Shown here in pieces: positions 12,136-25,174 of a stretch of DNA of 41,541 nt. Positions within the stretch are counted from its first letter, which is position 1; each line of letters opens with the position of its first letter. The stretch comes from Octopus bimaculoides (taxonomy: Eukaryota), in contig NC_068984.1 of NCBI RefSeq assembly GCF_001194135.2, positions 29,134,722 through 29,176,262 of the forward strand. Direction: 5' to 3'. The position numbers and the translations under genes are program-made. The notes under the pieces are model-generated. The model searched no databases. It was not told the origin of the DNA and saw nothing but the letters and a program-made list of their open reading frames with translations.

Positions 12136-12675
12136 AAATATATGTTTACAGGTGTTGTGTCCCTTTACGTCAAATACATAATACTGCTATTCAACAAAAA
12201 CACATCTATAGAATAACTAATGGGAGTAACAATTAACCAAACAGCTTTAAATAATTGCCCCAGACTGGCCACAGTCATTCATGGACTGGAGTGAACAGCA
12301 TTGAAATATGATTAATACAATTATTTTTAACTCAACACAATCAGGTATTTGTTCTTTTAGTTAAAATATATAAATGCTTTTTATTTCTTTCAATTAATCT
12401 TGATAAATGCTTTGTTTTATGAACAGTCTTCTTAATGGTTTCTGGTTTCATGGTTCAGACTTTGCTTGATACTTGGGGAGATAAATTTCATAACTCATAG
12501 TTAATAAATAATTTCAACATGTACTCTCTTTCATCCATTGAAGCTATGACGGTATACATCTCAGGTGCTAAACAGTGAGAACAAATGAAGGAAGCTTGAA
12601 ATGCAAAACTCTTAAATACACAGCTATGCTTGCATCCATAATAACATGAAACACACACACACACATACATATATA

Positions 12676-12822
12676 TCATCATCATTTGACATCTACTTTC
12701 CAAGCTGCCATGGGTTGGATGATCTGACAGGAGCTGGCTAGACAGAAGACTGACTGCCCCAGGCTTCACTGTCTGTTTTGGCATGGTTTTTAAGGCTGGA
12801 TGCCCTTCCTAACACCAACCAC
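12676..12822 (-). mobile_element. RTE 3'-end repeat with a (GAT)n tail
   Basis: CATCATCATTTGAC...CATGGGTTGGA...GCTGGATGCCCTTCCTAACACCAACCAC; the same family as 28632-28788. Confidence 0.75.
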
Positions 12823-12849
12823 CAAATTTTAGCATGAGGACAGCACGCT

Positions 12850-12945
12850 AGCACTTTTTATCAATCTCAAAAGGACGAAAGGCAAAGTTGACCTTGGTGG
12901 TATTTGAACTCAAAATGTGAAGATGGACGAAATGTCACTATGCAT
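12850..12945 (-). mobile_element. tRNA-SINE head of another family
   Basis: The reverse complement reads GAGTTCAAATACCACCAAGGTCAACTTTGCCTTTCGTCCTTTTGAGATTGATAAAAAGT: a B-box plus conserved body. A weaker copy lies near 5840-5930. Confidence 0.6.
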
Positions 12946-14206
12946 ATGCATGCATACATAAATGCTAAGTGACAATCTGGATAAGCTAGGGTTTTCTGAC
13001 AAAGAAATCAACCAACTAACTTGCATATTACAAAAGCAATTTCTAAGTAGAACAGTAAAAATATGCAGGACTTTTCTCCACTTTAAAATGTGAAATTGTT
13101 TTTATTTACGTTCCCAAGACAGAGCTTTGTATCTTTGTTAGAAACCAACTCCTTCCTCAGAGAAAGAATATAAATAATCAAAAACAGAAGAGAACATACA
13201 TACACAGATTAAAAAGCGAAAGAGTACATATATCAAATGAGCATAGGCATGGTTGTGCAGTTATGAAGTTCACTTCAGAACTACATGGTTTAGGGTAGAA
13301 CACAGTAATATGGGTCCTAGTGGAGAATCCATATCCATAGCCACCCCATCTCATTAGATGTATAGTGTACCTTGTGATTAACTCAAGCACACTTTATTTC
13401 ATATGCAAAATTCTTCTCAAAGGTAGGTAACATGCACAAAAGTTTCTCATGAAAGAACTAAAGACCTTATTCAAAACAGATATTTTCTCACCTTCTATAT
13501 GGCTTAATTGAAATGCCAGAAATTAATGATGTCATATTTCAGAATGAAAATATTATTCAATTATAGAGTTTCTTGCAGGCAAATTTTGGCAAAAATTACA
13601 GTATCAAGTTGTAAGATATTAAAGTGACTAGTTTATCAACTCCAAAACAAAATTTTAAAAAAATTCAATTTAGAATGTTTTGTTTTTTTGTAGTTATCTT
13701 CTTTAAAAATTAGGCATGTGACCCTCGCGGTACAACAATGACATCAACAAATATAACGCTCATTCTAATTTAACACTGAAACTTACATCTTTCATAGTTT
13801 AAAAGAAAAAAAATTTTAAAAGGGAGAAAAACGATATCTTGAACAACTCAAAATTAGCAACTAAAAAAAGATGAGAAAATGCATTGCAATTTTAAAACAA
13901 TACAAAACAAATGGAATAATAATAAATATAATTCAACTACACCCATTGAAAATTTTAGAGTTGTTATTAAGGATGCAACTAAAATTAGCTTTTCTCTAAA
14001 TGAGGTATAATTACACTGAAGGTGTGCCTGCAATTACTTTGCCAATATTTTTGCGACAAAAGTCATTCTTTACCTTAATGAGCAACAGCAGGCAAACAGC
14101 CATTGTTTGAATATTTGTAGTATGTGCAGAGATACCTACACATGCACATATATGCACATTTTTCATCTACATCTATATATATATATATATATATATAAAT
14201 TGTAAA

Positions 14207-14259
<53 letters not shown>

Positions 14260-14605
14260 ATTTGACTATGTAGAAGTTAAGGAGTGTAGAAGTATAATGA
14301 AATACGAACTTCCATTAGAGTAATATTAGTGTATACAGAATTGATATTCTCATGCATGCCAATCAGCATCTCTTGCTATCTATAACAGTAAATAACTAAT
14401 TCATCAAAATTTTTAAAGAACGAACATTAAATGAAAGCAATCAATTTGAATTTGAGCAAGAAGAATAAAAGAGTAAAAGGCATTCCACTTTGTGTGTACA
14501 TCTAAGAAATAATGCTTTTAAAACAGATGAGCGGTGTATCTTTATGTGTGTGTGTGAGAAAGAGAGAGAGTGTATATGCATGTGTGTATGTTGTGTGTGT
14601 GTGTG

Positions 14606-14646
<41 letters not shown>

Positions 14647-16590
14647 TCTGTGTGCTTGCATGTGTATCTATATGTCAGTAAATGTGTCTATGTTTTGATG
14701 TGAAAACAGCCTTTTATGCTTGTAAATTCCATGAGTTAAAGTGACTGATGCCAAGTAATTTTGTAATAAAGTGTTCAATGAATAAACTAATTAAAGAAAG
14801 ACTAGATTGCACACATTGACCTACTTATTTGAACTAAAGAAAAAGGAAGCAAAGAAGAAGCCCCTGTATCGCTGCAGACTTGCTAGAAATAACAGTCAAG
14901 TATTTCTAAAAACACTTCCTATTATTTTATTTTAGAAAAAAAAAAAAAAGGAAGGACACTTTGGATGATACAGTTCTAAATATACTACATCTGAAAATAA
15001 AACAAGATGGTCTTTAGTTATAACTCTACTTGATCAAAGCTGATATGGGGTTAGAAACCACTGAAAACAAATACACAAATGTTTTAGAAAATAACCTCAT
15101 AACACAAAACCCTGATTAAAAACCTTAATGCGCAATTCAAACTCTTATTAACAACTCAAAAACCCAATCAAATATTTCTAAACTGATAAACTGTTAAAGG
15201 TGATCCATCTACTTCATTAAAATCTTCCACATTAACAAAAGGAAAGATAGTAATTCCACAACACGAAATATATGTAAAACAAGAAGACAAAAACTGAACT
15301 CATTCCTACATGTGGATCTTTACTTTGAGGAGGAAAGGTGGGTGTTGTTATTAATTTATTTATTTAGCTATTTTCTGTTTTAATCTAAAATGAAATTACA
15401 GGGCCTTAGAGTCTGATAGGAGGAAGTGATTTTCAGACTGAAGATTAGATATGGATGCTTAACACAGAATGTACTATTCTAAAAGTACTCAAGAGACAGG
15501 TGATAATGTTAAACCAGACGACAGATTAAGTCTACAACCTAACAAAAAAAGAAAAGAAAAAGTAAAAATCATTCTACTATTGTGTAATAGTAAAATTATA
15601 GCTAATATCCTTTTTAAAAACCAGCTGAACAGTGTATTCATAAGAATTTATATAAGTCAGTATATGCATATAGTTGCATATACATGTTTGATATGAAAAC
15701 CACTTTGTATGCAAGTAAAAAAAAAAGATAAGAAGATTGCTTATCTTACTTTAGCATTTTGTTGGGGTAGAGTGGTTGTTGTTAAGCAGCGAAATAAGGA
15801 CAAGGCTCTAAGGGCCTGCAGACCAATGAATTTGAATTTCTGTTCAGTTTGAACTATGGAAGGCCAATATCTGTGAAGAAAACATAGCTATGGAAGGTAT
15901 TTGAGAGGACTACATTCAAAGAGGTGGGTGAGTTGGTTTTTCTACTATGATGCTGAAGAATAGATAGGATGCTGTGTTATAAGTGTCTTTTCATGTTTGT
16001 CTTAGTATTGATGAATGAGACTAATTTATCACATTCCCATTGCATAATATTTTCTGAGCCTCCATTTATAGATATTAACCATATTTGGTAGGAAGCAAGT
16101 CAACTGCAAGAAAATTATGTGACTATGCAAGAAGTTAAGGAGTAAACGTGTTATCATATGCACAGAAGTTTGGATAGTTGAAAGTAACAGCAAACAGTTG
16201 TTGATATACCCAAGATGTAATTTTGGCTAAAATTGTAATTTTGGTTAAAAGAACAAGGACCAGAGTAATGAAACAATGTGAAAAGAAAGCCCAAACACAA
16301 AACATGAGAAAGATTAAGTCTGTAGGTAGACAGCTTTGCTACAAGTTTTTCATGATAGTTATGGTTAAATGTTTGAATTCATGTGAAAAGCAACGTATGT
16401 ACTTTTATCTAAATTTTCAAGAGTAACAGACTAATTTGTATAATGGGAGAATAGAGACATCCAATGTTTTCTGGCTGCATGTAGACTAAAGTGGCAATAA
16501 TTGAGATATGAGTGGAAATGAAGCTTGTAAAGATGAACATTTAAGACTATCGAAGTGACTACACTTATATATAATATATAAATTATATAT

Positions 16591-16655
16591 AAATTATGTT
16601 TGGAAAACATTTTTAAAAGTAAATTATGTTTGGAAAACATTCTTAAAAGTAAATT
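16591..16655. repeat. 30-bp tandem duplication
   Basis: AAATTATGTTTGGAAAACATT(T/C)TTAAAAGT twice, with one mismatch. Confidence 0.9.
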
Positions 16656-17037
16656 CATTCATAAATCATATTTTGCATAAAGTCAGAAATATGTTTTATT
16701 ATAGATTTTGATGGGAGAAAACGACAATTTTTTACATTGCAACTTCAGTCCGAAACTATCTGCAAATTGTTTTAAGAAGTTTCAATTTTTCAAAGTGTTT
16801 TCTAGTCACACACACAATAATAGCAGTCTCCCAAAACCCTCATTACTTGGATGACTTGAGAAATGATTATATGATTTAATATAAAAAAATACTAATGATA
16901 ATAATAATAAAAATAACAACTATGATGATGATGATAACTTAATATTTTTCTCTCTGAATAATCCTAGAGCATTTTGCAGAATCCTACAAAATTATATTAT
17001 AAAATCAAAGATTCAATAATATTAATCTTGATTTTAA

Positions 17038-17140
17038 TCATTATCATTTTTACATCCACTTTTTCCATGTCAGCATGGGTTGGATGAATCTTCTTAAAGC
17101 TATATTTTACAATCAGATACCTTTTCTGATGCTAATCTTA
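17038..17140 (-). mobile_element. Decayed RTE 3'-end repeat
   Basis: TCATTATCATTTT...TTTTCCATGTCAGCATGGGTTGGATG. Confidence 0.55.
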
Positions 17141-18292
17141 ATGTTTTCAAACAAGATACATCACTCCATATCTTTGCAGCTCATACAACAATATGATTAT
17201 TTCATTTGATACACATTTTTTCTCACCTATATCTGTACTTAATTAATTTTTCATAACTGGCTTACAGAATGCTATAAACTCAGTCCAGTGTCATTTAATA
17301 GTGACAACATTTCTAATATCTATAAGTAGAAACTCACTTAAGCTTGAATCCCAACATGTTTAATCAATCTTCTGTTTATCTACTTCATTTTTATATATAC
17401 ACTCACACATACATACTAACTAATCTGTTGAGATGCATTCTTTTGTGTTTAAAAGGTAACTTAATCATTCAAAAAGTAGGTAACAATAAAATAAGTACCA
17501 GACTGAAATAAGTTCATTCACTGATATGATTGACTAGAAAAATAAAAAATAAAAAGATCACTGACTGTGATACCCTACCATGGATGCAGTACATTAACTG
17601 AAGCCAATAAAAGAATAACAAAATATAAAGGAAAAATAGCATTTTTATATGTTTATATTTTATATGTTTAAATATTGCTGTTATCAAAGATTGACAGAGA
17701 GGAAATGAGCTTGCACAATGATCAAGGATGCTACCAAGGAGAACCTAGATGCTTAAGCTGCTAGAAACAGGAGTAAGATATCCCTGAAGTCATATCCTAC
17801 CTTTTAATATAAAAACAGGTAGAGTTGGCTATAGTCTCAGATAAATGAAAAGATGGGCTAGTTACTGCTTGAAAGCTTTTAATCATTCATCTGCTTGAGA
17901 AGGTATACACTTAGAGCTAAACAGTAGTATCATGCAATTAGATCATTCACAATTTAATAACACTTTAATACTTAATGCAAAATAATTTATTCAGCAACAA
18001 ATAGTTGCTAACAGGAAAATAATCTGTTGTATTTACAGATGTAAACAAATAATATGCCAGGATAATGTTACAGCATCCAACAGTCAGTCACTTTTTCATA
18101 TGTCTATCATAAAAGGAATGCATTTTATGCATGAGCAGCTTAATTACAGCTCAAAAAAGAGTATATGATCTACTGCAGATTTTCAAACACAAGCAGATTT
18201 CATGAAACTGACCTCTGTAACCATGAGAGTTGATAATTTCTAATATAAAGCATGAAACTTTGGAACAGAAAATATAAGAAGTTGTGACACAA

Positions 18293-18331
<39 letters not shown>

Positions 18332-18711
18332 GTTTAAAATTCAAAATTATTTTTCAAATGTAAATCTTTAGAAAGTAGACTCAGTTGACCAATTTGAGAA
18401 TATTAAAATGTATTAGGTCTAAAGCTGCACAACCTGAAATTTTGTTTTTATGTGTGTACTATAGAAAAATCAGTTTAGGATACAATTCTTGTCCAAGGTG
18501 TATGTGTGTGTGTATATAACAAGAAATAATTTTTGTCTCTTTTTGTACTTTTATTCACATATATATCTTTACCTTCTGTGTTTTTTGTATATGTATACTT
18601 TATATGTTTAAAAACCGTGGTAATATTTTTATATGATCAAATGTTTGGAGGTATGATGTTATATATAAAGTCATCGACTCGAATTTGATGTTTGTTCTAT
18701 GATCAATGTTT

Positions 18712-18766
<55 letters not shown>

Positions 18767-19077
18767 TAGTCATTAATTATGTAGTGTTACCAATGCCTAC
18801 AATAGTGGGTTGGATGTCCACATAGTGTCTAATTTAAGTCAGATACACCATATTATTAAATGTTAAATTCTTGGTCATAAACACACCATAATGTCAGCTT
18901 TCAGTCTATAACTTAAAAAATTATAACTACTATCTCTGCAGAATTTTTAACAACATACAAAAATTTTAATAATATAAGACTCACAAACTTTTAACATTTC
19001 TATTACTCCTAATTTCATAGTCTTCACTTACTGAGCATAGATACTCATGTAAGTGAAATATAGCTTAGTCTACTTAC

Positions 19078-19240
19078 ACTGGTATACCCTGGATATTGAC
19101 GCAATTCAAATATTTGTAGAAATTGCTGAAGATTTATGGCCTTCAAAAGTAAGAGTTCCATATTTTCTTTATTATCATGACTGATTATTAGAAAAGTTTT
19201 TGCCTCTATCAAAAATAAAATAATCTGGTCTTTGCTGTTG
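19078..19240 (-). CDS. Candidate internal coding exon of an unidentified host gene
   Basis: Acceptor TTGTATTTTATCCTTAG (alternative TTTTATTTTTGATAG at 19205), open frame NSKDQIILFLIEAKTFLIISHDNKENMELLLLKAINLQQFLQIFELRQYPGYTS, and a perfect GTAAGT donor at 19077-19072. No recognisable domain. Confidence 0.3.
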
Positions 19241-20649
19241 CTAAGGATAAAATACAAGTGACAAAAAGTTGTTAGATTTTCAATATAGTAGGACAGATGA
19301 TTAAACAGAACCTGACAACAAAGACGCGATAAGAAGTTAGAATTTGTTATTGTTTTATTGTTTTATCTGTAGTTGTTTTAAAATTATAAGCATCCTCTCC
19401 ACTAAATTTAATATTTGTAACCAATATTTTACTGTTGTATAACAGGACTTAAATTTTCAAGTCAGCTCACTACCACGGTCTTGGAAATATAAAAGAAAAG
19501 TATTCAGCCTTACTATGATAATGGCCTAAAGAGAATAATAATTAAGTCATCTTGATATTTTTCCCTGTTAAATAAAAGAAATAATAAAATATATACAGAT
19601 AAGGTATTAACTTAAGCAGAAATGTCAGATATTAATTGCCTTATTAGGTGTTTACAGTAATCATTTGGATTTTTTGTTTCTTTTGTAGTATGCCTTTTCG
19701 TGACAAAAATATGTTTAAAACCCATTAATAGATAAATTTAGCGCTAGTGGATGTCCTTCATAAACAGAAAGGAGTGGGATAGGTAAGGATAGATACGGAG
19801 ATCTCCAAATTACATATTTATAAACTAGTGTAAGTACATTATGAAATGCATGCTGTATAATAATAATAAAGAAATACAGATTTGTAGTTATTCAAGTGAA
19901 GAAGACTTTCAGCTTCTCCACTACTCTGTGCAACATGATATAACTATGAAATTATCACGCAAATGTAGATACACACCGGAATCCCTGATGATGCATTATA
20001 AATGGGTAACTAGAAAAACAAGTTTCAAACAGCAAGGAAAACAACAAAACTTTGAATACCACTGGCAGTCATCAATGTGAATAACATTCCAGAAAAATAC
20101 AATTAAAGGCTTTTTTTTTTTGTTGAGCAGCTAACAACAGAAGTAGGAACACATAGCTATTGCCATAGCATCTGCAGTTGTTGTTTTGCTGTTGTTATTA
20201 TTATTAATCCTAGAAATTATATAATCAGATTTAAATTAGCTACAGGCACAAATGTCCAATTATACACATGTACTCTTCTAACAATCATTTACTTATAAAC
20301 AAAATTATCAATAGTTTTGGCACTTCCTTTCCTCAAAGGAATTCGTTTTTTTTTATTTTCAATGAACTCATTTGACTATTTGAGCCACAGATTTATATTT
20401 GAAATCAACAAGCAGAACAGATAAAAATTATGAAATACAACTAGATAATTTCATTTGCAAAACCACTTACTCCACTCATCGTAAACTCTATTCTTGCTAC
20501 TGCTTGAAGCATTGGTTTATATATGTGTATGTTAAGTGTTCAGAGGTTAAAGTATGACAGAAGGACAGGCATAGCAAGACACCTTATGACTGTCCCACTC
20601 TCATAATTTAGTTTCTCAGCACTCGGTATGAAGCCATCTTTCTCTCAGT

Positions 20650-20893
20650 TCAGGGGTGGTTTTCTTTGTCATGTGAGCTACTAGGACACCTCACACATAC
20701 CAGTGCCACAAAAAAAAACCCCCAAAAAAACACCAATAAACTCTATGAAGAGGTTGACATTAGGAAGGGTATCCAACAATAGAAAACATGGCAGAGCAGC
20801 CATTTGAACTTGATACAGTCTACTGGGTTGGTGGATCCTGTCAAATTGTCCAACCCATCTCGCATAGAAGAGAGGCATTGAATTACGATGATA
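20650..20893 (+). mobile_element. RTE 3'-end repeat in forward orientation
   Basis: GTGCCAC.AAAAA...GTTGACATTAGGAAGGGTATCCA...GTCCAACCCAT...TACGATGAT; the reverse complement of the 12676 and 28632 family. Confidence 0.7.
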
Positions 20894-21239
20894 TACATAT
20901 CTGTGTATGTATCTTGGCAATTGGAACAGCATTAAATAAAAATTGCCAATTGGGGTTCATACTAAATGTATACACACCATCAAAAGACATGATGATATGG
21001 TTTTTGAACTTTTCAAAGACTACTTTAAGTAGTCTGCAATCAAGTGGAATGTGCTTTATTTTATATCACTACTGTAACAAGTTATGAACTCAGGTATTCT
21101 CTGCATTATAGAGACATTGTTTCCTTGAAAATCTAGTCATAATGTGGAACACCATAATGTAAAACATATTTCCTTGTGATTTCCATGTGATCACAAGATT
21201 TTGGGTTTGCAATGTTTCCATAACGAGGTGGATGCCTAT

Positions 21240-21425
21240 AGTTGTAAAAGTGGTTGTTTAGCATTTAGTCAGGCCTGAGCAAGCAAATCTATGATTTTCC
21301 AACATGAATCATCCTATCTTTTTGTGTATTCAGGATGTGTTCCCTTTCTAAGATAGTAGGATGCGATTTGGTTGCTAGATCAATAATATCAAATGACTAT
21401 GCAGTGACTCCCTTGTTGGCTCAAA
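21240..21425. repeat. Dispersed repeat family C (SINE-like), decayed
   Basis: GTTGTTTAGC..TAGTCAG.CCTGAGCAAGC...ATCCTATCTTTT...GATTTGGTTGCTA. Related segments lie at about 14870-15055, 33410-33570, 36780-36830, 37515-37625 and 41310-41510. Confidence 0.5.
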
Positions 21426-23552
21426 ATCTCAATTGTTAGCATGTTGATTATGAGCTAAATATACAGTAAACAGACATTCTAGTATCTATCAGATAACCAA
21501 TTAACAATTAATAGTTATCGTCATCATTGTTATAACACAGTTATATCTGATCTAGCAAATTAATGGTATATGACTAGATGATCAATGAAACACTAGATAT
21601 TGACCTACTGATAAGCTACTATCAATAAGATCTATTGATAAGCTAGATTAGGTGCTCTTACATAAACCTGTAACATTTTCTTTTCAGAGATATATCAAAA
21701 TCCAACAAATTCACACTGAGGTTCCAAATGGCTAACATCTAAGGCACTGACTGACTGATGCAATTTTAATACAGCTGAAAAACAGACACTCTCGCTTTAC
21801 TTCAGTAGTATTCAGTTATAAATTTCATGTCTAAGTCTTCAAATCCACTCAACCTTTACTAACAAGATAAAGCAATAAAAACAAAAATAGTTTGAGGAAA
21901 AATAATTAGGAAAAGAAATATCTATAAAGCTGTTGTCTACAATAAGAACAATATAGTCATTCTGAAATTCTATGTTAGATCTATCAAAGGCTGCTAAGTT
22001 TCTCTGGGAATATTTGCTTTAGTTAGTTTTATGATTCATAGCAGCTAATTCTAAAGTTGGAATGTAAAATAAATAATAAATAGAAATCCAGTTTATTGAA
22101 GTCTAAATCTCTTATTTCTAATAAAAACAACTAAATTTAAACTTTCCAAAGCCGGATTAATTAAAAAAGACAAAATTATGAAAATAGACTGAATAAAGAA
22201 AATACAAAGAAAATCAATGTAAACATAGATATAAGACTACTTTATACTCTTACATCTAACATAATTGACTTGATATACACAGACTGAAACTACAAATCAA
22301 GTAAACATAAGTGTACAAACATATACATTGCTAACCAAATGCAGAAATGTACATATGTGTGAACAAAGAAACACATATATGGTCATGGAAGATATGTAGA
22401 TACACACATGGCCATAATTACAGATGAACACATAACCATGCAGATACATGTATACATGCATGGCCATAGAGAGACAGATACATATATATATATATGTGTG
22501 TAAATATTGTAATGCATACAAACAAACCCCCAGAGGTGCAAAAACATATGCACATACATAATTATGCATTCATAACACACACACACACACACAATGGAAT
22601 GTAAAGTAAGAACTATATAATACAGAAGCTAAAGTGTGGCATGTTGTGGATAATCTCCAGAGTATCAGAATTAAAGTGAGAAAGATTTAAAAAAGTAAAG
22701 CTAAAGTGAAAACAAAGAATAATATAAAATAAACAATGAAACAGGCGGTGGAGGGGGATTGTGAAAATTAAACCAGAAAAGAAAAAGAGAACAGTAAGAG
22801 TAAAATCAAGAGAGATACACACAGATAGTTGAGAGAGAGAGAGAGAGAGGCAAACAGAATTTTAGAGTCATAAAAAGACTGAAACAGAATCAAAGTTAAC
22901 GAAGCTGAGAAAATAGAAAGAATTTAATTCCATAAAAATTACCAATTTTTAATAAGTGATCTTGAAAATTTAATATTGTATTCTTCATTGCAGTTTTGGG
23001 GAAATGGCTTTAATTGGTTATGAATCAAAAGGTTGCTATTTCAAATGGAGAGTACTCGTCTGTTTATAAAAAGTTGCAGGATATTAACCATGAGGAATAC
23101 ACAACAGAAGGTGGAGAAATCTGAATGGCAGGTTGATAGATTAAAAAAACTGAGAAAGAGAATGCATGGCACTGAAAAGATGAAAGGAAAATACCAAAGG
23201 AGAAATGACAGTGAAAGAAGCAAAAGAAAAAGCAGGATAAAGAGAGGAAAAGGAAGCAAAGAAGAAGACAACAGTGATATAGAGAAACAAAGAAAAAGAG
23301 CAAAAAAATAAAAATGAAACCAAAATAAAAAATGAAGAAAAAACAAGTGAGGAGAAGTCAAATGAATGAGAAAATAATTTAAAAAAAAACAAAGATGGTG
23401 AAGAAAATAAATGAGAAAAACAACGAAGAAAGAAAATAGCATTTGTGTCGAAGGACATAGAATAAGCTAATTTGTTGTTTGACATTTAAATATGTTGTAT
23501 TTATGGTACTAATGTCATCCAAATAGAAGGTTGTGATCAATGTTCTAATCTA

Positions 23553-24251
23553 TAGGGGAGTCCGAAAGTCTTGTTACCCCCTACCAAAAAGTAATTAGAA
23601 CAATCAAACAAGTAATGCTGTAATCCAAAGCACGAACTGGATTTAGTTTATTCACTTTGACAGTCAAACATCAAGAAGGTCTGTATGAACACCATTATTT
23701 TTGTCGCACAAAATGATTCGGTGCCATTTCCTGTGTGATATTTTTCGAAGCTGTGCTTTGGTGATTGCTTCAAAGGCTCTCTGAACAGCGTCCTTCAACT
23801 GATGAGTATTCTGGTATTGTTCATGTGAAACTCTCTCCATGATAATACCCCACAGAGCATTATCGCAAGATGTAAGGTCTGAACTTCTGGGAGCCCATTC
23901 AACAGGTGCTGGATGTTGTTGAGATCCTTGCCCTATCCATCTATCCTGCAAAACTTCATTTAGGTATTCTTGGACAGTGATAGCATAGTGGGGTAGGGCA
24001 CCATCTTGTTGAAACCAATAATCATTCAGGTCAATATTCAACCTCAGGAGTTGTGGAACAAACCACTTCCTTAACACGGACAAGTAAGATTGTTGGTTAA
24101 CAGTGCCCTCGAAGAAATAGGGTCCTATCAGGTACTTGATATGATGGCCCAAATCATTACATGTGGGGATTGTGCTAAAATAAAAGAATAATGATAATAA
24201 TGACAATAATAGGCAATATGTAGGGGGTAATAAGACTTTCGGACCATCTTG
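23553..24251 (-). mobile_element. Tc1/mariner (rosa/Visitor DD41D-like) internally deleted element retaining the C-terminal transposase
   Basis: 32-bp imperfect TIRs (23553-23584 and 24220-24251; shared core GTCCGAAAGTCTT.TTACCCCCTAC) flanked by TA. The ORF contains IGPYFFEGTVN...WFQQDGALPHYA...RWIGQG...WAPRSSDLTSCDNALWG. A frameshifted upstream segment reads QSPHVMIWAIISS. The HTH and first catalytic D are missing. Confidence 0.92.
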
Positions 24252-24559
24252 TACAATAAGAAATGAATTGCATGGAGTAATTCAACTGACTCTATAAATC
24301 TTGATCAGATATACTGAAATTAAAGAAGGTCTTGTAATTTTAATATTTTTAAGTTAAAAGCTCAGAAAACTTCACATTTAGTGGCATTACTTCAAACATG
24401 TGAAATCTGCTATCCTTAATATCATCATACTACCCCTCAGCAGCCACATTCTTTCACATGTAAATATGTATGCTGGAAGACTGTTACAACATACTCCAAA
24501 ATTCTATCTCAATTGTGCCCATCATTTTCTGCCTCTCCTGCAGGAGAAAAAAATATTCT

Positions 24560-25076
24560 GAATACTGCCTCTATATCACATCATTGGAATTTTGATCACA
24601 GAAGACATAAGATGTGTGAAGGATCTCAAAATACAAAGAGTGCTGGCAAAATTTGCATTCCCAAAATTGTATAACACCTTGAGAAACTGTACTCTGATCC
24701 ATATACTGAACTGCTATGCCTATCCTGTGTTAATGGAAGCAAGATCTATAGCATTAAAAACAAGAAGGTGTTTTGAGAGCTGTGAAATGTGGTTCTTGAG
24801 TAAAATATTGAGGATAGCATAGACAAAGTGTCTAATGAAGTAATGACCTGGGCTGCAGTAAGAAGGCTTAGAGAATTTAGCAATGACCAGAAAATTTGAA
24901 GATAAAAAAAGCAGAGAAAGGAGAAAGATGATAAGAATGTCAAGCTTGACAAATTGGTTGAGAGAAAGAGGCATTAAACATCAGGAAGTGGAAATGTTAC
25001 AGAAAACAAAGAAAATTGTTGCAGGACATGATCGCCTATGTCCTACATTCTGGACATGACACCTAAAGAAAGAAAG
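24560..25076 (+). mobile_element. RTE-clade LINE 3' end (second family) with an (AAAG)n tail
   Basis: Frameshifted ITEDIRCVKDLK...LNCYAYPVL...FESCEMWFLSKILRI..DKVSNE...QDMIAYVLHSGHDT*; stop at 25064-25066, then AAAGAAAGAAAG. Confidence 0.85.
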
Positions 25077-25174
25077 GAATATCAAAAACGATCTTTAATA
25101 AATGCTGTTTCGTTGGAAGAAACACTATCAAAACTACCTAGAATCATTATCTGCCTTATTGTGCTCTATACAGT

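Noticed and set aside
12520-12567. APEMY read as a WNK-type kinase activation-loop motif
   Set aside because: The downstream sequence does not match kinase subdomain IX, and there are no other kinase motifs in the window.
19064-19148. Plus-strand reading LVYLHWYTLDIDAIQIFVEIAEDLWPSK followed by GTAAGA
   Set aside because: It looks protein-like, but the acceptor is weak and there is an in-frame stop just upstream. It overlaps the better-bounded minus-strand candidate. Not excluded, but not supportable.
22993-23052. FGEMALI motif after a strong plus-strand acceptor (cNMP-binding-domain-like)
   Set aside because: The following residues lack the PRxAT motif, and no other cNMP-domain exons were found.
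23033-23485. Cluster of overlapping K/R/E-rich and F/L-rich ORFs
   Set aside because: A purine-rich low-complexity tract; the frames are open because of strand composition, and no domain is recognisable.
24534-24547. 14-bp perfect palindrome TCTCCTGCAGGAGA
   Set aside because: A few palindromes of this size are expected by chance in a window this long.
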